Assembly (NCBI GenBank): GCA_964526325.1
Contig: CAZGKM010000002.1
Location: forward strand, 14,725 to 78,724
Origin: an uncultured Gammaproteobacteria bacterium
GTDB lineage: Bacteria > Patescibacteriota > Patescibacteriia > Patescibacteriales > GWC2-42-12
DNA length: 64,000 nucleotides
Direction of reading: 5' to 3'
Positions 1 to 8,578 of the stretch are shown here, in pieces. The notes under the pieces were generated by a model. The model was not told the origin of the DNA. It saw nothing but the letters and a program-made list of their open reading frames with translations, and did no database searches. The position numbers were made by a program, and so were the translations under genes. Position 1 is the stretch's first letter. Each line of letters begins with the position of its first letter.

Positions 1-645
1 TCTTTTTGCCCGATAGCCACATAAATACATTTCATGTTCTGGCCTTTTTGATTAATAATTGCATCAATAGCGATAGCGCTTTTACCGATCTGGCGGTCGC
101 CGATAATCAATTCTCTTTGGCCGCGGCCGATTGGTATAATCGCATCAATAGCTTTAATGCCGGTTTGTACCGGCTGCTTGACCGATTCGCGGGTAATAAC
201 GCCCGGAGCGATTTTTTCCACCGGATAAAATTTATCCGCCCGAATTTCTCCTTTGCCGTCCAACGGCACGCCCAAAGGATTGACAACGCGTCCTATTATC
301 GCATTACCGGCCGGTACTTCCAAAATTTTATTTAAACACTTGACTTCATCGCCTTCTTTAATGCCCAGATAATCGCCTAAAATAATAGCTCCCACGCGAT
401 CTTCTTCAAGATTTAACGCCATACCATAAACCGAACCTCTAGCGGCTTTTTTATCCTCCGGAGCTTTAGCGGCAGGGGAAAATTCTAACATCTCCGACAT
501 CATAACCTCGGAAATACCTTCAATTCTGGCAATACCATCGCCAACTTCAATAACCCGGCCGATGGTTTCATGTTTGATGCCGGTTTTAAAACCGGCAATC
601 TGCTCTTTTAATTGTTCAACAATAAAATCTTTTGTATTAGACATA
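1..645 (-). CDS. atpA: F0F1 ATP synthase alpha subunit, N-terminal part (continues beyond window start)
   Basis: Reverse-strand translation from ATG at 645 gives [20 protein letters not shown]...[21 protein letters not shown] (P-loop-like GDRQIGKSA), which is typical of atpA. It lies downstream of atpH on the same strand. Confidence 0.85.
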
Positions 646-654
646 TAATTGAAA

Positions 655-765
655 TATCTAATTTTTAATTTCTAATTTCTAAACAATTTCTCAATTTTTC
701 AATTTCTAAATTTGAAAATTAATTCATTGAAAATTGTTTGAAAATTGTAAATTGAAAATTGAAAA
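655..765. repeat. atp-operon intergenic repeat block (caatttc / gaaaattg units in inverted arrangement)
   Basis: Seen directly between atpA and atpH. Similar gaaaattg(ataatt) tandem units recur at 2134-2169 (atpE-atpB) and 1714-1790 (atpF-atpE). Confidence 0.6.
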
Positions 766-1167
766 TTATTTAATTAATTTCTCTTTTAACTCAGCTAATT
801 GTGTTTTAAGGCTTCCGTCTACCACCCTGTCTCCATATCTTATAACCACTCCGCCCAATATATTTTTATCAATTTTTTCAGTTAACAAAACTTCTTTGGC
901 GCCGGACAATTCGGCAATATAATTTTCCAATAATTTAATATTGGCTTTATCTAAATTATTGGCGCTTGAGATGTTAGCTTCTATTATGCCATGTTTTTCA
1001 TTCCAAATTTTTGTAAATTCGGCTGAAATTTTATCGGCTTTTGCCAGCATTTTTTTTTCGGCTAAAAGTTTAACGAATCCGGTTATAATAGCCTTAACCT
1101 CGCTAGGCGATTTTCCGTCTACTGCTTCATATAAACTTAAAGCGAATTGTTTTGGCTTTATTTTCAT
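766..1167 (-). CDS. atpH: F0F1 ATP synthase delta (OSCP) subunit
   Basis: 133 aa with an OSCP-like sequence (…LLENYIAELSGAKEV…GGVVIRYGDRVVDGSLKTQL). It sits between atpF and atpA. Confidence 0.7.
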   Translation of the reverse strand: MKIKPKQFALSLYEAVDGKSPSEVKAIITGFVKLLAEKKMLAKADKISAEFTKIWNEKHGIIEANISSANNLDKANIKLLENYIAELSGAKEVLLTEKIDKNILGGVVIRYGDRVVDGSLKTQLAELKEKLIK

Positions 1168-1193
1168 ATTATTAACTTATTATTCCCGCGCAG

Positions 1194-1207
1194 GCCTGCC
1201 GGCAGGC
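1194..1207. repeat. GC-rich perfect palindrome GCCTGCCGGCAGGC (family; other copies at 1798-1817, 62535-62549, and a degenerate copy at 5059-5083 inside tsaC)
   Basis: Seen directly. These are GC islands in an otherwise AT-rich sequence. Confidence 0.7.
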
Positions 1208-1224
1208 GGTGATCCAAAAATTAT

Positions 1225-1713
1225 TTACTTCATCATCCTCCTGATTATTTCCTTGTCTTTTTTTTCATCAATCTTTTCTCCTAAAACTTTTTCTACGGTA
1301 AAAATAACCAAATCGGCCACTTCTTTTTTAATTTCCTTTAAAGTGGCTGCCTTTTCCGTTTGCATTTTTTGCTTTTCCAAATTTATAATCTGGCCGATCT
1401 CTTCTTTGGCGCGGACAATCATTTCCTGCTTGCGCGCGTCGGCGTCAATCGCGGCTTTTTCCAATACGGCATTAGCTTGTTTCTTGGCTTCAGACATTGC
1501 TTTATTAAATTCGACTTGCGTTTCGTTTAATTTTTCTTCAACTTTTTTAGCGTCCAGAAGCCCTTTCTCAATCTTAGCCGTTCTTTCGGACATAACCTTA
1601 GTAAGCGGTTTAAAAACAAACCAAAATAAAATCGCAAAGATGATGGCAAAATTAACCATTTGCGCAATTAATAGATGCCAATCAATATGAAATGTTTCGA
1701 TTAAACTATCCAT
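1225..1713 (-). CDS. atpF: F0F1 ATP synthase subunit b
   Basis: 162 aa with an N-terminal TM helix followed by a long charged coiled coil. Its operon position is between atpE and atpH. Confidence 0.7.
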   Translation of the reverse strand: MDSLIETFHIDWHLLIAQMVNFAIIFAILFWFVFKPLTKVMSERTAKIEKGLLDAKKVEEKLNETQVEFNKAMSEAKKQANAVLEKAAIDADARKQEMIVRAKEEIGQIINLEKQKMQTEKAATLKEIKKEVADLVIFTVEKVLGEKIDEKKDKEIIRRMMK

Positions 1714-1919
1714 AATATTTATAATTTAAAGTTGAAATATCAAAATGCAAAATGATAATGTAAAATTTGAAATTTTTAATTACTTAATTTTTACATTCCT
1801 GCCTGCCGGCAGGCAGGTTAAATTGCCATTTTGATTTTTGCACTTTAAACTTTATATTAATAATTTTACCCTTGCCCCAAAGATTTAACCCCGGGGCAAT
1901 GCGTAATACTATTAATTTT

Positions 1920-2204
<285 letters not shown>

Positions 2205-2240
2205 TCAATATTTAATAATATATTAATTATAAATTTTTAC

Positions 2241-3152
2241 CTAGTGCTCCTCTTCAGCCGTATTCATGGTTAAATATGCCAAAATCAAAATTGAAAATAT
2301 AAACGCCTGCACTAATCCGACGATAATTTCTAAAAACATAAATGGTATGGGCAAACCGAAAGCCAGTAGAGCCGACATGGAAGCAAGCAATACTTCGCCG
2401 GCGAAAATATTACCGAATAAACGAAACGATAGGCTGGCAACTTTGGCAAATTCACCTACCACTTCAATTAAACCAACAAAAACTTTAATCGGATTGACCA
2501 CAATAATAGTCGGGTCTTTCATGATTTTTTTTGGTATTTCAAGCAGGGCCTTAATATTAATAAATTTATTGATATATTTCCAAAAACCGAGGGCGGCAAC
2601 GGAAAAAATATGGCTAAAAACCACGCCTATGATAGCTAAGGCGAGCGTGGTATTCAGGTCGGCCGTGCCGCCGCGAAAAAACGGAATAAAAACTTTTTCA
2701 CCATGCTCTGCCGCTACTTGGCCGATTGAACCGACGCCGGGTAAAAGCCCAAGCCAATTATTCAGCAATATAAAGACCAAAAAACTTAAGACGAAGGGAA
2801 AGTATTTTAAAGTTTTTTCGCGTGAACCCGTTACCGAATCAAATACGTCCAAAAGCATTTCCACTATCGTTTCCATTACATTCTGAATGCCGCGCGGAAT
2901 CATTTTAATTTTTGATTTAAAAAATAAACCGAAAATAACTACCATAAAAACCACCAGCCAGGTATTAAGCAAAGAATTAGTTATGGAAAAATTATTAATT
3001 TTAAAAATCGGTTCGGCGAATAATGTATTTTCCGTTTTAATCTCGCTAATTAATTCGGCGTTATGAGCTACGGCAGAATCCGATTCAACTTGATAAATTT
3101 CCGAATGATTTAAAGTTGCTTCAGTCTTAAGTTGTTCCGTGTTTGAAGACAT
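2241..3152 (-). CDS. atpB: F0F1 ATP synthase subunit a
   Basis: 303-aa polytopic membrane protein carrying the signature LSFRLFGNIFAGEVLL motif. Confidence 0.85.
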   Translation of the reverse strand: MSSNTEQLKTEATLNHSEIYQVESDSAVAHNAELISEIKTENTLFAEPIFKINNFSITNSLLNTWLVVFMVVIFGLFFKSKIKMIPRGIQNVMETIVEMLLDVFDSVTGSREKTLKYFPFVLSFLVFILLNNWLGLLPGVGSIGQVAAEHGEKVFIPFFRGGTADLNTTLALAIIGVVFSHIFSVAALGFWKYINKFINIKALLEIPKKIMKDPTIIVVNPIKVFVGLIEVVGEFAKVASLSFRLFGNIFAGEVLLASMSALLAFGLPIPFMFLEIIVGLVQAFIFSILILAYLTMNTAEEEH

Positions 3153-3219
3153 AAATAATCACAAAATTAAAAAAATTGGCTTTTAATTTCCAAAATTTAT
3201 TTAATGTAATCGCAAAAAT

Positions 3220-3519
3220 TTACAATTTTTTATCAATTTTCCCATTTTTGCCAATTCGATCTATTTTTTTATATTCTCTTATTGCTTCTTTAGTCAGACC
3301 GATCATAGAGATAAAAAAAGCCAAACCGATGCATGTTAATAGATAGCGCGGCGCGCTATCATATCTTTTATCTAACCATTTGCCTAAATAAAGCGCGATA
3401 ATTATCGGCGCGGCAATCCAGCCTGACAGTTTTGCGAACATCATAACAGCCGGCTGCCACCAGGCCGCTTGGCTTATTTTCTCATTTGCTTTCTTTCCCG
3501 GATTTATCTCCTCTGCCAT
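3220..3519 (-). CDS. AtpI/AtpZ-like small membrane protein (first gene of atp operon)
   Basis: 99 aa with two TM helices, lying directly upstream of atpB on the same strand. This is the usual atpI position. Confidence 0.35.
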   Translation of the reverse strand: MAEEINPGKKANEKISQAAWWQPAVMMFAKLSGWIAAPIIIALYLGKWLDKRYDSAPRYLLTCIGLAFFISMIGLTKEAIREYKKIDRIGKNGKIDKKL

Positions 3520-3779
3520 ATTTTTTTAAAAAAAATAATCGGGGTTGCCGATGAATGCTTTTCCGAACATTAATTTTCATTATAATAGAAAATTTAGAAA
3601 AATTTACTGAAATTCGTAAATTTAAGTCGAATATGGCATCTAGCGGCTATTTCTAAAGGAAAGTGGCTTCTTCTAAATTGCTAAATTATCCACACCTATC
3701 AACCTACTGGCAAGGTTACCCACTTATTTTATACAGCAAAATTAAAAAATAGTCAACCCTGTAAAAATTTTATTAAAAA

Positions 3780-4619
3780 CTAAATACTAAAAAATTGTCT
3801 AGCATTATTTGTGCTAATTTCAGCTATTCTTTCAAAACTTAAATTCTTTATTTCTGCGATTCTTTCCGCTACTTTTTTAACTAACAACGGCTCATTGCGC
3901 TGCCCGCGGAATGGCTCCGGGGTCATAAAAGGACAATCGGTTTCAATCATGAATTTATCGTTAGGTATGCGGCGGATTAAATCATCCCATTTGGCGGAAA
4001 AAGTTATCAGCCCGGTAAAAGAAATATTCAAGCCTAAGCTAAAATACTGCCAGGCCAATTCTTCATCGCCGGAAAAACAATGCATTACGCCCCAGGCTTT
4101 ATCTTTAGACAGACCGGCTTTATAATCTTTCTTAAAATTTTTTAAAATTTCCAGCATATCGTCATGCGCCTGACGGCAATGAATAATAACCGGCAACTTT
4201 AAATTAACGGCTAGCCTAAGCTGTTCTTTAAAAATTTCTTTCTGTTTTTGCTTAACCGCGGCCTCGTTAGCCGTAATATCAATATTGTAATAATCCAAGC
4301 CAATTTCGCCTACCGCCACCACCTTTTTAAATTGAGCCATTTTTTCAAACACGTCATAACTAAAATCTTCTTCCCGAGTTACAAAGTTATAATCATCCCC
4401 CGAAGCTTTTTGGGCATGAGTATGCATAGGGTGCAAGCCGACTGCGGCATAAACGCCTTTCTCATATTTATTGGCGTAATCTAAGGCGCGCTTAGAAGTT
4501 TTTGTTTCCGCGCCGACTAAAATCATCCAAGTTTCACCGGCCAAAGAACGGCGTATAACCTCATCGGCATCGTCTTTAAAGGCGTTAAAATTTATATGCG
4601 CATGGGTATCGATAAGCAT
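3780..4619 (-). CDS. tatD: TatD-family metal-dependent DNase/hydrolase
   Basis: The MLIDTHAHINF N-terminus (I chose this internal Met as the start) and GLHP…H and …ETD motifs match the TatD family. Confidence 0.8.
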   Translation of the reverse strand: MLIDTHAHINFNAFKDDADEVIRRSLAGETWMILVGAETKTSKRALDYANKYEKGVYAAVGLHPMHTHAQKASGDDYNFVTREEDFSYDVFEKMAQFKKVVAVGEIGLDYYNIDITANEAAVKQKQKEIFKEQLRLAVNLKLPVIIHCRQAHDDMLEILKNFKKDYKAGLSKDKAWGVMHCFSGDEELAWQYFSLGLNISFTGLITFSAKWDDLIRRIPNDKFMIETDCPFMTPEPFRGQRNEPLLVKKVAERIAEIKNLSFERIAEISTNNARQFFSI

Positions 4620-4620
4620 A

Positions 4621-4737
4621 AATGCTAAATGACAAATGGCAAATGACCAATCAAATCTAAAATCCAAATGTCAAAAAAGTATTAGTAATTTGTCATTTGA
4701 TATTGATTTGACATTTGTCATTGGAAATTTGTCATTT
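4621..4737. repeat. palindromic AATGACAAAT/ATTTGTCATT intergenic element, copy A
   Basis: The left arm (aatgacaaatggcaaatgacc) and right arm (gatttgacatttgtcattggaaatttgtcatt) are inverted. The right 32-mer is identical to copy B. Confidence 0.7.
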
Positions 4738-4745
4738 TAATTCTA

Positions 4746-5357
4746 TTATTTTCTTAAAACCTTAATATTATTAATATCTCTTAAATCCACCAATCTCGAC
4801 GGCTTTGATCTTTTGCATTCGCCCGCATCAATTATTAAATCCGGCAGATATTTAAAATTCTTTTCGAGATTTTGCACATCGCTTAAAGTCTTTTCTCCTT
4901 TTTTATTAAGACTGGTAGAGACAATCGGTAAACCGACTCCATTAATAATTCTAATTAAAAAATCATTATCCGGCAATCTAATGCCTATACTGTTTAAACC
5001 GCCGGTCAATTCAGTCGGTAAATTTGGCCTTCTTTTTAAAATTACGGTAATCGGACCTGGCCCGCCTGCCGGTGAGGCAGGCCAAATTTTTTCCAAATAA
5101 TCCATTTGCTCTAAATTCAAAAAACAATATTTTTTTAACATCTCAAAGTCGCTAATTAAAATGAGCAACGGCTTGGCTCTTTTTTCGCCCTTGATTTTAT
5201 TTATTCTTTTTATGGCTTCGGCGTTTAATGCGTCGCAGCCCAATCCATAAACCGTATCGGTCGGATATGCCAACACTTGCCCGCGTTTTAAATAATCAAT
5301 TATTAAATTGATTTGCCCTTGGGTTATTTTATTTAAATTTACTTTTAAAATTTGCAT
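4746..5357 (-). CDS. tsaC: L-threonylcarbamoyladenylate synthase (YrdC/Sua5 family)
   Basis: YrdC signature …LAYPTDTVYGLGCDA…. The gene contains a GC-rich palindrome-derived in-frame segment (see findings). Confidence 0.8.
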   Translation of the reverse strand: MQILKVNLNKITQGQINLIIDYLKRGQVLAYPTDTVYGLGCDALNAEAIKRINKIKGEKRAKPLLILISDFEMLKKYCFLNLEQMDYLEKIWPASPAGGPGPITVILKRRPNLPTELTGGLNSIGIRLPDNDFLIRIINGVGLPIVSTSLNKKGEKTLSDVQNLEKNFKYLPDLIIDAGECKRSKPSRLVDLRDINNIKVLRK

Positions 5358-5365
5358 AATAAAAA

Positions 5366-5406
5366 TTTGTCATTCCGGCCTCCGAGCCGGAATCCATTTC
5401 CTTATA
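5366..5406. promoter_or_regulatory. conserved leader hairpin element, copy D (TTTGTCATT-CCGGC…GCCGG-AATCCATTTCCTTAT) 8 nt upstream of tsaC start
   Basis: Seen in the sequence. It is related to the element at 9526-9566 by compensatory stem changes. Confidence 0.55.
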
Positions 5407-5409
5407 ATT

Positions 5410-6084
5410 TTATAATAATTTTTTTACAATTAATTCAACGGCTTTAGCGTTTTTCTCAGCCCCGATTTTATAATCAAAATGTCCCGTAGCGCCATTCCCG
5501 TAATTATCAACCGAACTTATTGCAGCTATTGCCATGTCTGATTCAGCAGCCAAAATAACTTCCGAGGCCAAGGTCATGCCGACGACATCGGCGAATTGAG
5601 AAAACATTTTTATCTCGGCCGCGGTTTCAAATCTGGGCCCGGTCGTCTGAAGATATATCCCCTTTTTATAAATAGACAAATTTATCTGGCAGCAAATTTT
5701 TATCAGCAACTCTCTTAATTCTTGAGAAAATACCGGTGTGGTATGAACGATTTTATCGTTGAAAAAAGTCAGATTGCCGTTTAAGCTGATAAAATCATGC
5801 GGTATTAAAAAGCTTGGCACTTTTACGCTCTTTTTCAAGCTGCCTACCGAATTAAAAGAAATAATCTTTTTAACGCCGTAATCGGCTAAAGCTTGAAAAT
5901 ATGCTTTAAAATTAACCCGGTGCGGCGGTAAATTCCCCTGATGACGCTCTATGAAAAAAATATGGCCACAGCGGAAAATAACCGCTTGCCCGTATTTATT
6001 TTTTACTTTTATCGACTTAAAATTATTAAATAAGCCCGATAACTTTAAGCCGTTTCCGCCAATTAGACAAATTTTTTGTTTCAT
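5410..6084 (-). CDS. purine nucleoside / 5'-methylthioadenosine phosphorylase (PNP_UDP_1 family)
   Basis: 224 aa beginning …ICLIGGNG…. An R/H-rich phosphate-binding region and …GMTLASEV… resemble the MTAP/PNP family. Confidence 0.65.
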   Translation of the reverse strand: MKQKICLIGGNGLKLSGLFNNFKSIKVKNKYGQAVIFRCGHIFFIERHQGNLPPHRVNFKAYFQALADYGVKKIISFNSVGSLKKSVKVPSFLIPHDFISLNGNLTFFNDKIVHTTPVFSQELRELLIKICCQINLSIYKKGIYLQTTGPRFETAAEIKMFSQFADVVGMTLASEVILAAESDMAIAAISSVDNYGNGATGHFDYKIGAEKNAKAVELIVKKLL

Positions 6085-6128
6085 AAACAGTTATTTTATC
6101 ATCTTAAATAAAGAAGGTCGGGAGGTTA

Positions 6129-7670
6129 TTATTTTACTTTTTCTCTCTTTAATATTTTCACTGTTCCAATGTCCGCGTCAACTTCCACTAAATCACCGTC
6201 TTTCAATATTTGAGTAGCAAATTTAGTTCCAACAATACACGGTTTTTTCATTTCTCTTGAAACAATAGCTGCATGGCACAAAATACCACCTTCGTCAGTA
6301 ATAAATGCTGATGCTTTACGCATCGCCGGAACATAATCTGGGTTTGTCATCGGACAAACTAATATATCACCTTTTTTAATTTTATTTATATCTAAAAAAA
6401 ATGGTACTACACGAACAATTCCCCTAACTATCCCTAAATATGTTGGCTGACCTTTAATAATATTCGTTTCTTTTATTTTTATATCGGCAAGTAGCTGCAA
6501 ATGGTTGGAATTATAATTAATAAGCTCTATTGTGTGGTCATTTATTCTAATTAAAGAATAATCATTAATTCTTCTTTTAATAACCTTTTTGTCAATTTCC
6601 TTACCTTTAATTAACAGATTAATTTCATCTGCCGATAAATATAAAACTTCAAAAAATGATAAATTATGCTTTACTCCAATTAATTCAAAAAAGGAACGAA
6701 AATTATTACCACAAATTCCAACCGCATCCCAATTGTACATTTTAGCATTTATCATTTCTCTAATTATTTTTACTTCTTCTTTAAGATTCACGCTATGTTT
6801 TTCGGCGTCTTCAATAATATTTTTTATTACAAACTCCTTTTTTCCATTTTCCTCTTTTTGTTTTATTATTCCTTTATCATCGCACAATAATAACGTAATT
6901 AGCTTAAAATAATGATTTAGAGAATAAAAAGGCATATGCCAACACAAAGAGCCCATCCAACCGTAATAATCACGATGCTTTAATATATCATTATAGATTC
7001 CTCGATATTTTGTTTTGATAATATCATGCGGTTGCGATTTTTTAAAAAATTTAATCGCTTTTTTGTCTTTTTTAATTTTATTAACAATTCTATTAAATTC
7101 CAATAGCTCTTTGGCTAAAAATGATTTACTTTTTGGCGCTGTCAAATTTGTTAATATTTCCGTAGGATTGATTTGTTCCTTTTTATTCTTTACATACTCT
7201 TTAATTTTACTTTCCAACATTTTAGCTAGCAAAGAGTCAATCATAATGATGCTATAAGCTAACGCCATGTTGCGTTTTTGATATTGAATAAATTTATTAA
7301 AAATTATGATCTGCTTATTTCTATCATTAATTACTGATTTTTTTACTAATTCAGAAAAGGTTATTGCCTCTTTGCCGGTTTTCATTAATAACTTAATGTA
7401 TTTTGTTAAATAATTAAAACTTTCTTTTTTTATCTTCGACTTAAAATAATTATTAAAATCGTCATAATCTTTTTTCGTAAAATAAATAGTGCCGGATACC
7501 GTTAACATTTTTTTAAACCAAACAGGAAAACCTGTTTCTTTAAATGATTCTTTTTTTGTTGATTCCAATATTAACCAATTCATCAAAAAAGGCGTATTCC
7601 ATTTTCCAGCTTTTATCCAACTCGTCTCTTTAATTTTCTTAATGATTAATTTTTTATCAACTTTTATCAT
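6129..7670 (-). CDS. paralog 1: unknown N-terminal domain fused to C-terminal PEP-utilising-enzyme phosphohistidine swivel (mobile) domain
   Basis: The C-terminus GDILVCPMTNPDYVPAMRKASAFITDEGGILCHAAIVSREMKKPCIVGTKFATQILKDGDLVEVDADIGTV is a canonical PEP-utilisers swivel domain with a catalytic His in the GG(x)(T/C)SHAAI core. The roughly 400-aa N-terminal domain shares a YGWM motif with paralog 3. Confidence 0.6.
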   Translation of the reverse strand: MIKVDKKLIIKKIKETSWIKAGKWNTPFLMNWLILESTKKESFKETGFPVWFKKMLTVSGTIYFTKKDYDDFNNYFKSKIKKESFNYLTKYIKLLMKTGKEAITFSELVKKSVINDRNKQIIIFNKFIQYQKRNMALAYSIIMIDSLLAKMLESKIKEYVKNKKEQINPTEILTNLTAPKSKSFLAKELLEFNRIVNKIKKDKKAIKFFKKSQPHDIIKTKYRGIYNDILKHRDYYGWMGSLCWHMPFYSLNHYFKLITLLLCDDKGIIKQKEENGKKEFVIKNIIEDAEKHSVNLKEEVKIIREMINAKMYNWDAVGICGNNFRSFFELIGVKHNLSFFEVLYLSADEINLLIKGKEIDKKVIKRRINDYSLIRINDHTIELINYNSNHLQLLADIKIKETNIIKGQPTYLGIVRGIVRVVPFFLDINKIKKGDILVCPMTNPDYVPAMRKASAFITDEGGILCHAAIVSREMKKPCIVGTKFATQILKDGDLVEVDADIGTVKILKREKVK

Positions 7671-7674
7671 ACGA

Positions 7675-8562
7675 TTATTCTCGATGTAAAGATAAATAAA
7701 ATCTTTTTAATTCATCTATTTTATTTTGATCTAAATACATCTCACCATTCTGTTGTCTATTTGGATTATCAAATGTTACTACCAAGGGCAGCTTTTTTCC
7801 ATTTTGATCAGTTCTAATTCTAATATTAAACGTTTCGGAAGGATTAAACTCACCGCCTATTTCTTTAAAATCTTTAAAGCCGACTACTTGTTCATTATTA
7901 TTTTTTCTTACTAAGGCATACCGAAGTATAAATTCCATCATACCACCATGCGTTCCTGCCGGAATTAAAACTTTTGAATTTGATTTTAATCTTGCCGCCA
8001 TTTGTTGATAATGATCAATCAGATAGGCAAAAGAACCGGCCATTTCTCTTTTGTAATTTTCAGCTTCTGGCGTATCAAGCAAAACCATATATTCCAATAT
8101 TTTAGCTTGCGCTACTTTAGAAGCTTGCGCTTTTTCCTCGGGTGATAAATCTTTAAAATTTTCTGGTAAAAATGAATTATATACGGCTACATGATCATAT
8201 GGTTTTGGCGAAACAATATTCTCATAATTTAAAATTTTATTTGCTCGAGTATTAAATTTCTTATCGCCAGCAATTTCTTTCGCGTAAATATCTGCGGTTT
8301 CTAACGCTCTGCCCATATTCTTTTCTACTACAGGATTAGGATCTGCTTGAGAACCGATTGCTTTAACAGCGTCATATTCCTCGTTATTAATTCTACTTTT
8401 ATTAGCAGCTTTTTTGGTTTGTTCTCTGCCTAAATCGTTTAAAAATTTTCCATCTTTTTCTCCATGCCGAATTAATTTTAAATCAATAATAACGTCTGCG
8501 CCCTCTGGTTTTTTTATCATTTCGATTGAATTTTGATCCAATGATTCTTGATAATTTTTCAT
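7675..8562 (-). CDS. histidine phosphatase superfamily protein (PGAM-like, RHG motif)
   Basis: An LIRHGEKDG catalytic motif near the N-terminus and a downstream …AGTHGG… second His motif. Confidence 0.55.
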   Translation of the reverse strand: MKNYQESLDQNSIEMIKKPEGADVIIDLKLIRHGEKDGKFLNDLGREQTKKAANKSRINNEEYDAVKAIGSQADPNPVVEKNMGRALETADIYAKEIAGDKKFNTRANKILNYENIVSPKPYDHVAVYNSFLPENFKDLSPEEKAQASKVAQAKILEYMVLLDTPEAENYKREMAGSFAYLIDHYQQMAARLKSNSKVLIPAGTHGGMMEFILRYALVRKNNNEQVVGFKDFKEIGGEFNPSETFNIRIRTDQNGKKLPLVVTFDNPNRQQNGEMYLDQNKIDELKRFYLSLHRE

Positions 8563-8578
8563 GTGTTTATTTTAATAA

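Noticed and set aside
6-335. 109-aa plus-strand ORF at the window start
   Set aside because: It lies antisense within the well-supported atpA coding region (minus strand). It is a shadow ORF with no motif.
941-1690. 249-aa plus-strand ORF spanning atpH/atpF
   Set aside because: It lies antisense to two ATP synthase genes, has low-complexity hydrophobic composition, and crosses an intergenic palindrome. It is spurious.
2266-2886. 206-aa plus-strand ORF
   Set aside because: It lies antisense to atpB, which carries a clear a-subunit signature.
3520-3780. Possible tRNA/ncRNA in the 260-bp gap between the atp operon and tatD
   Set aside because: I found no cloverleaf-compatible segment (no GTTC…, acceptor-stem complementarity or CCA end) by eye. 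It is AT-rich promoter-like DNA. tRNAscan/Infernal would be decisive.
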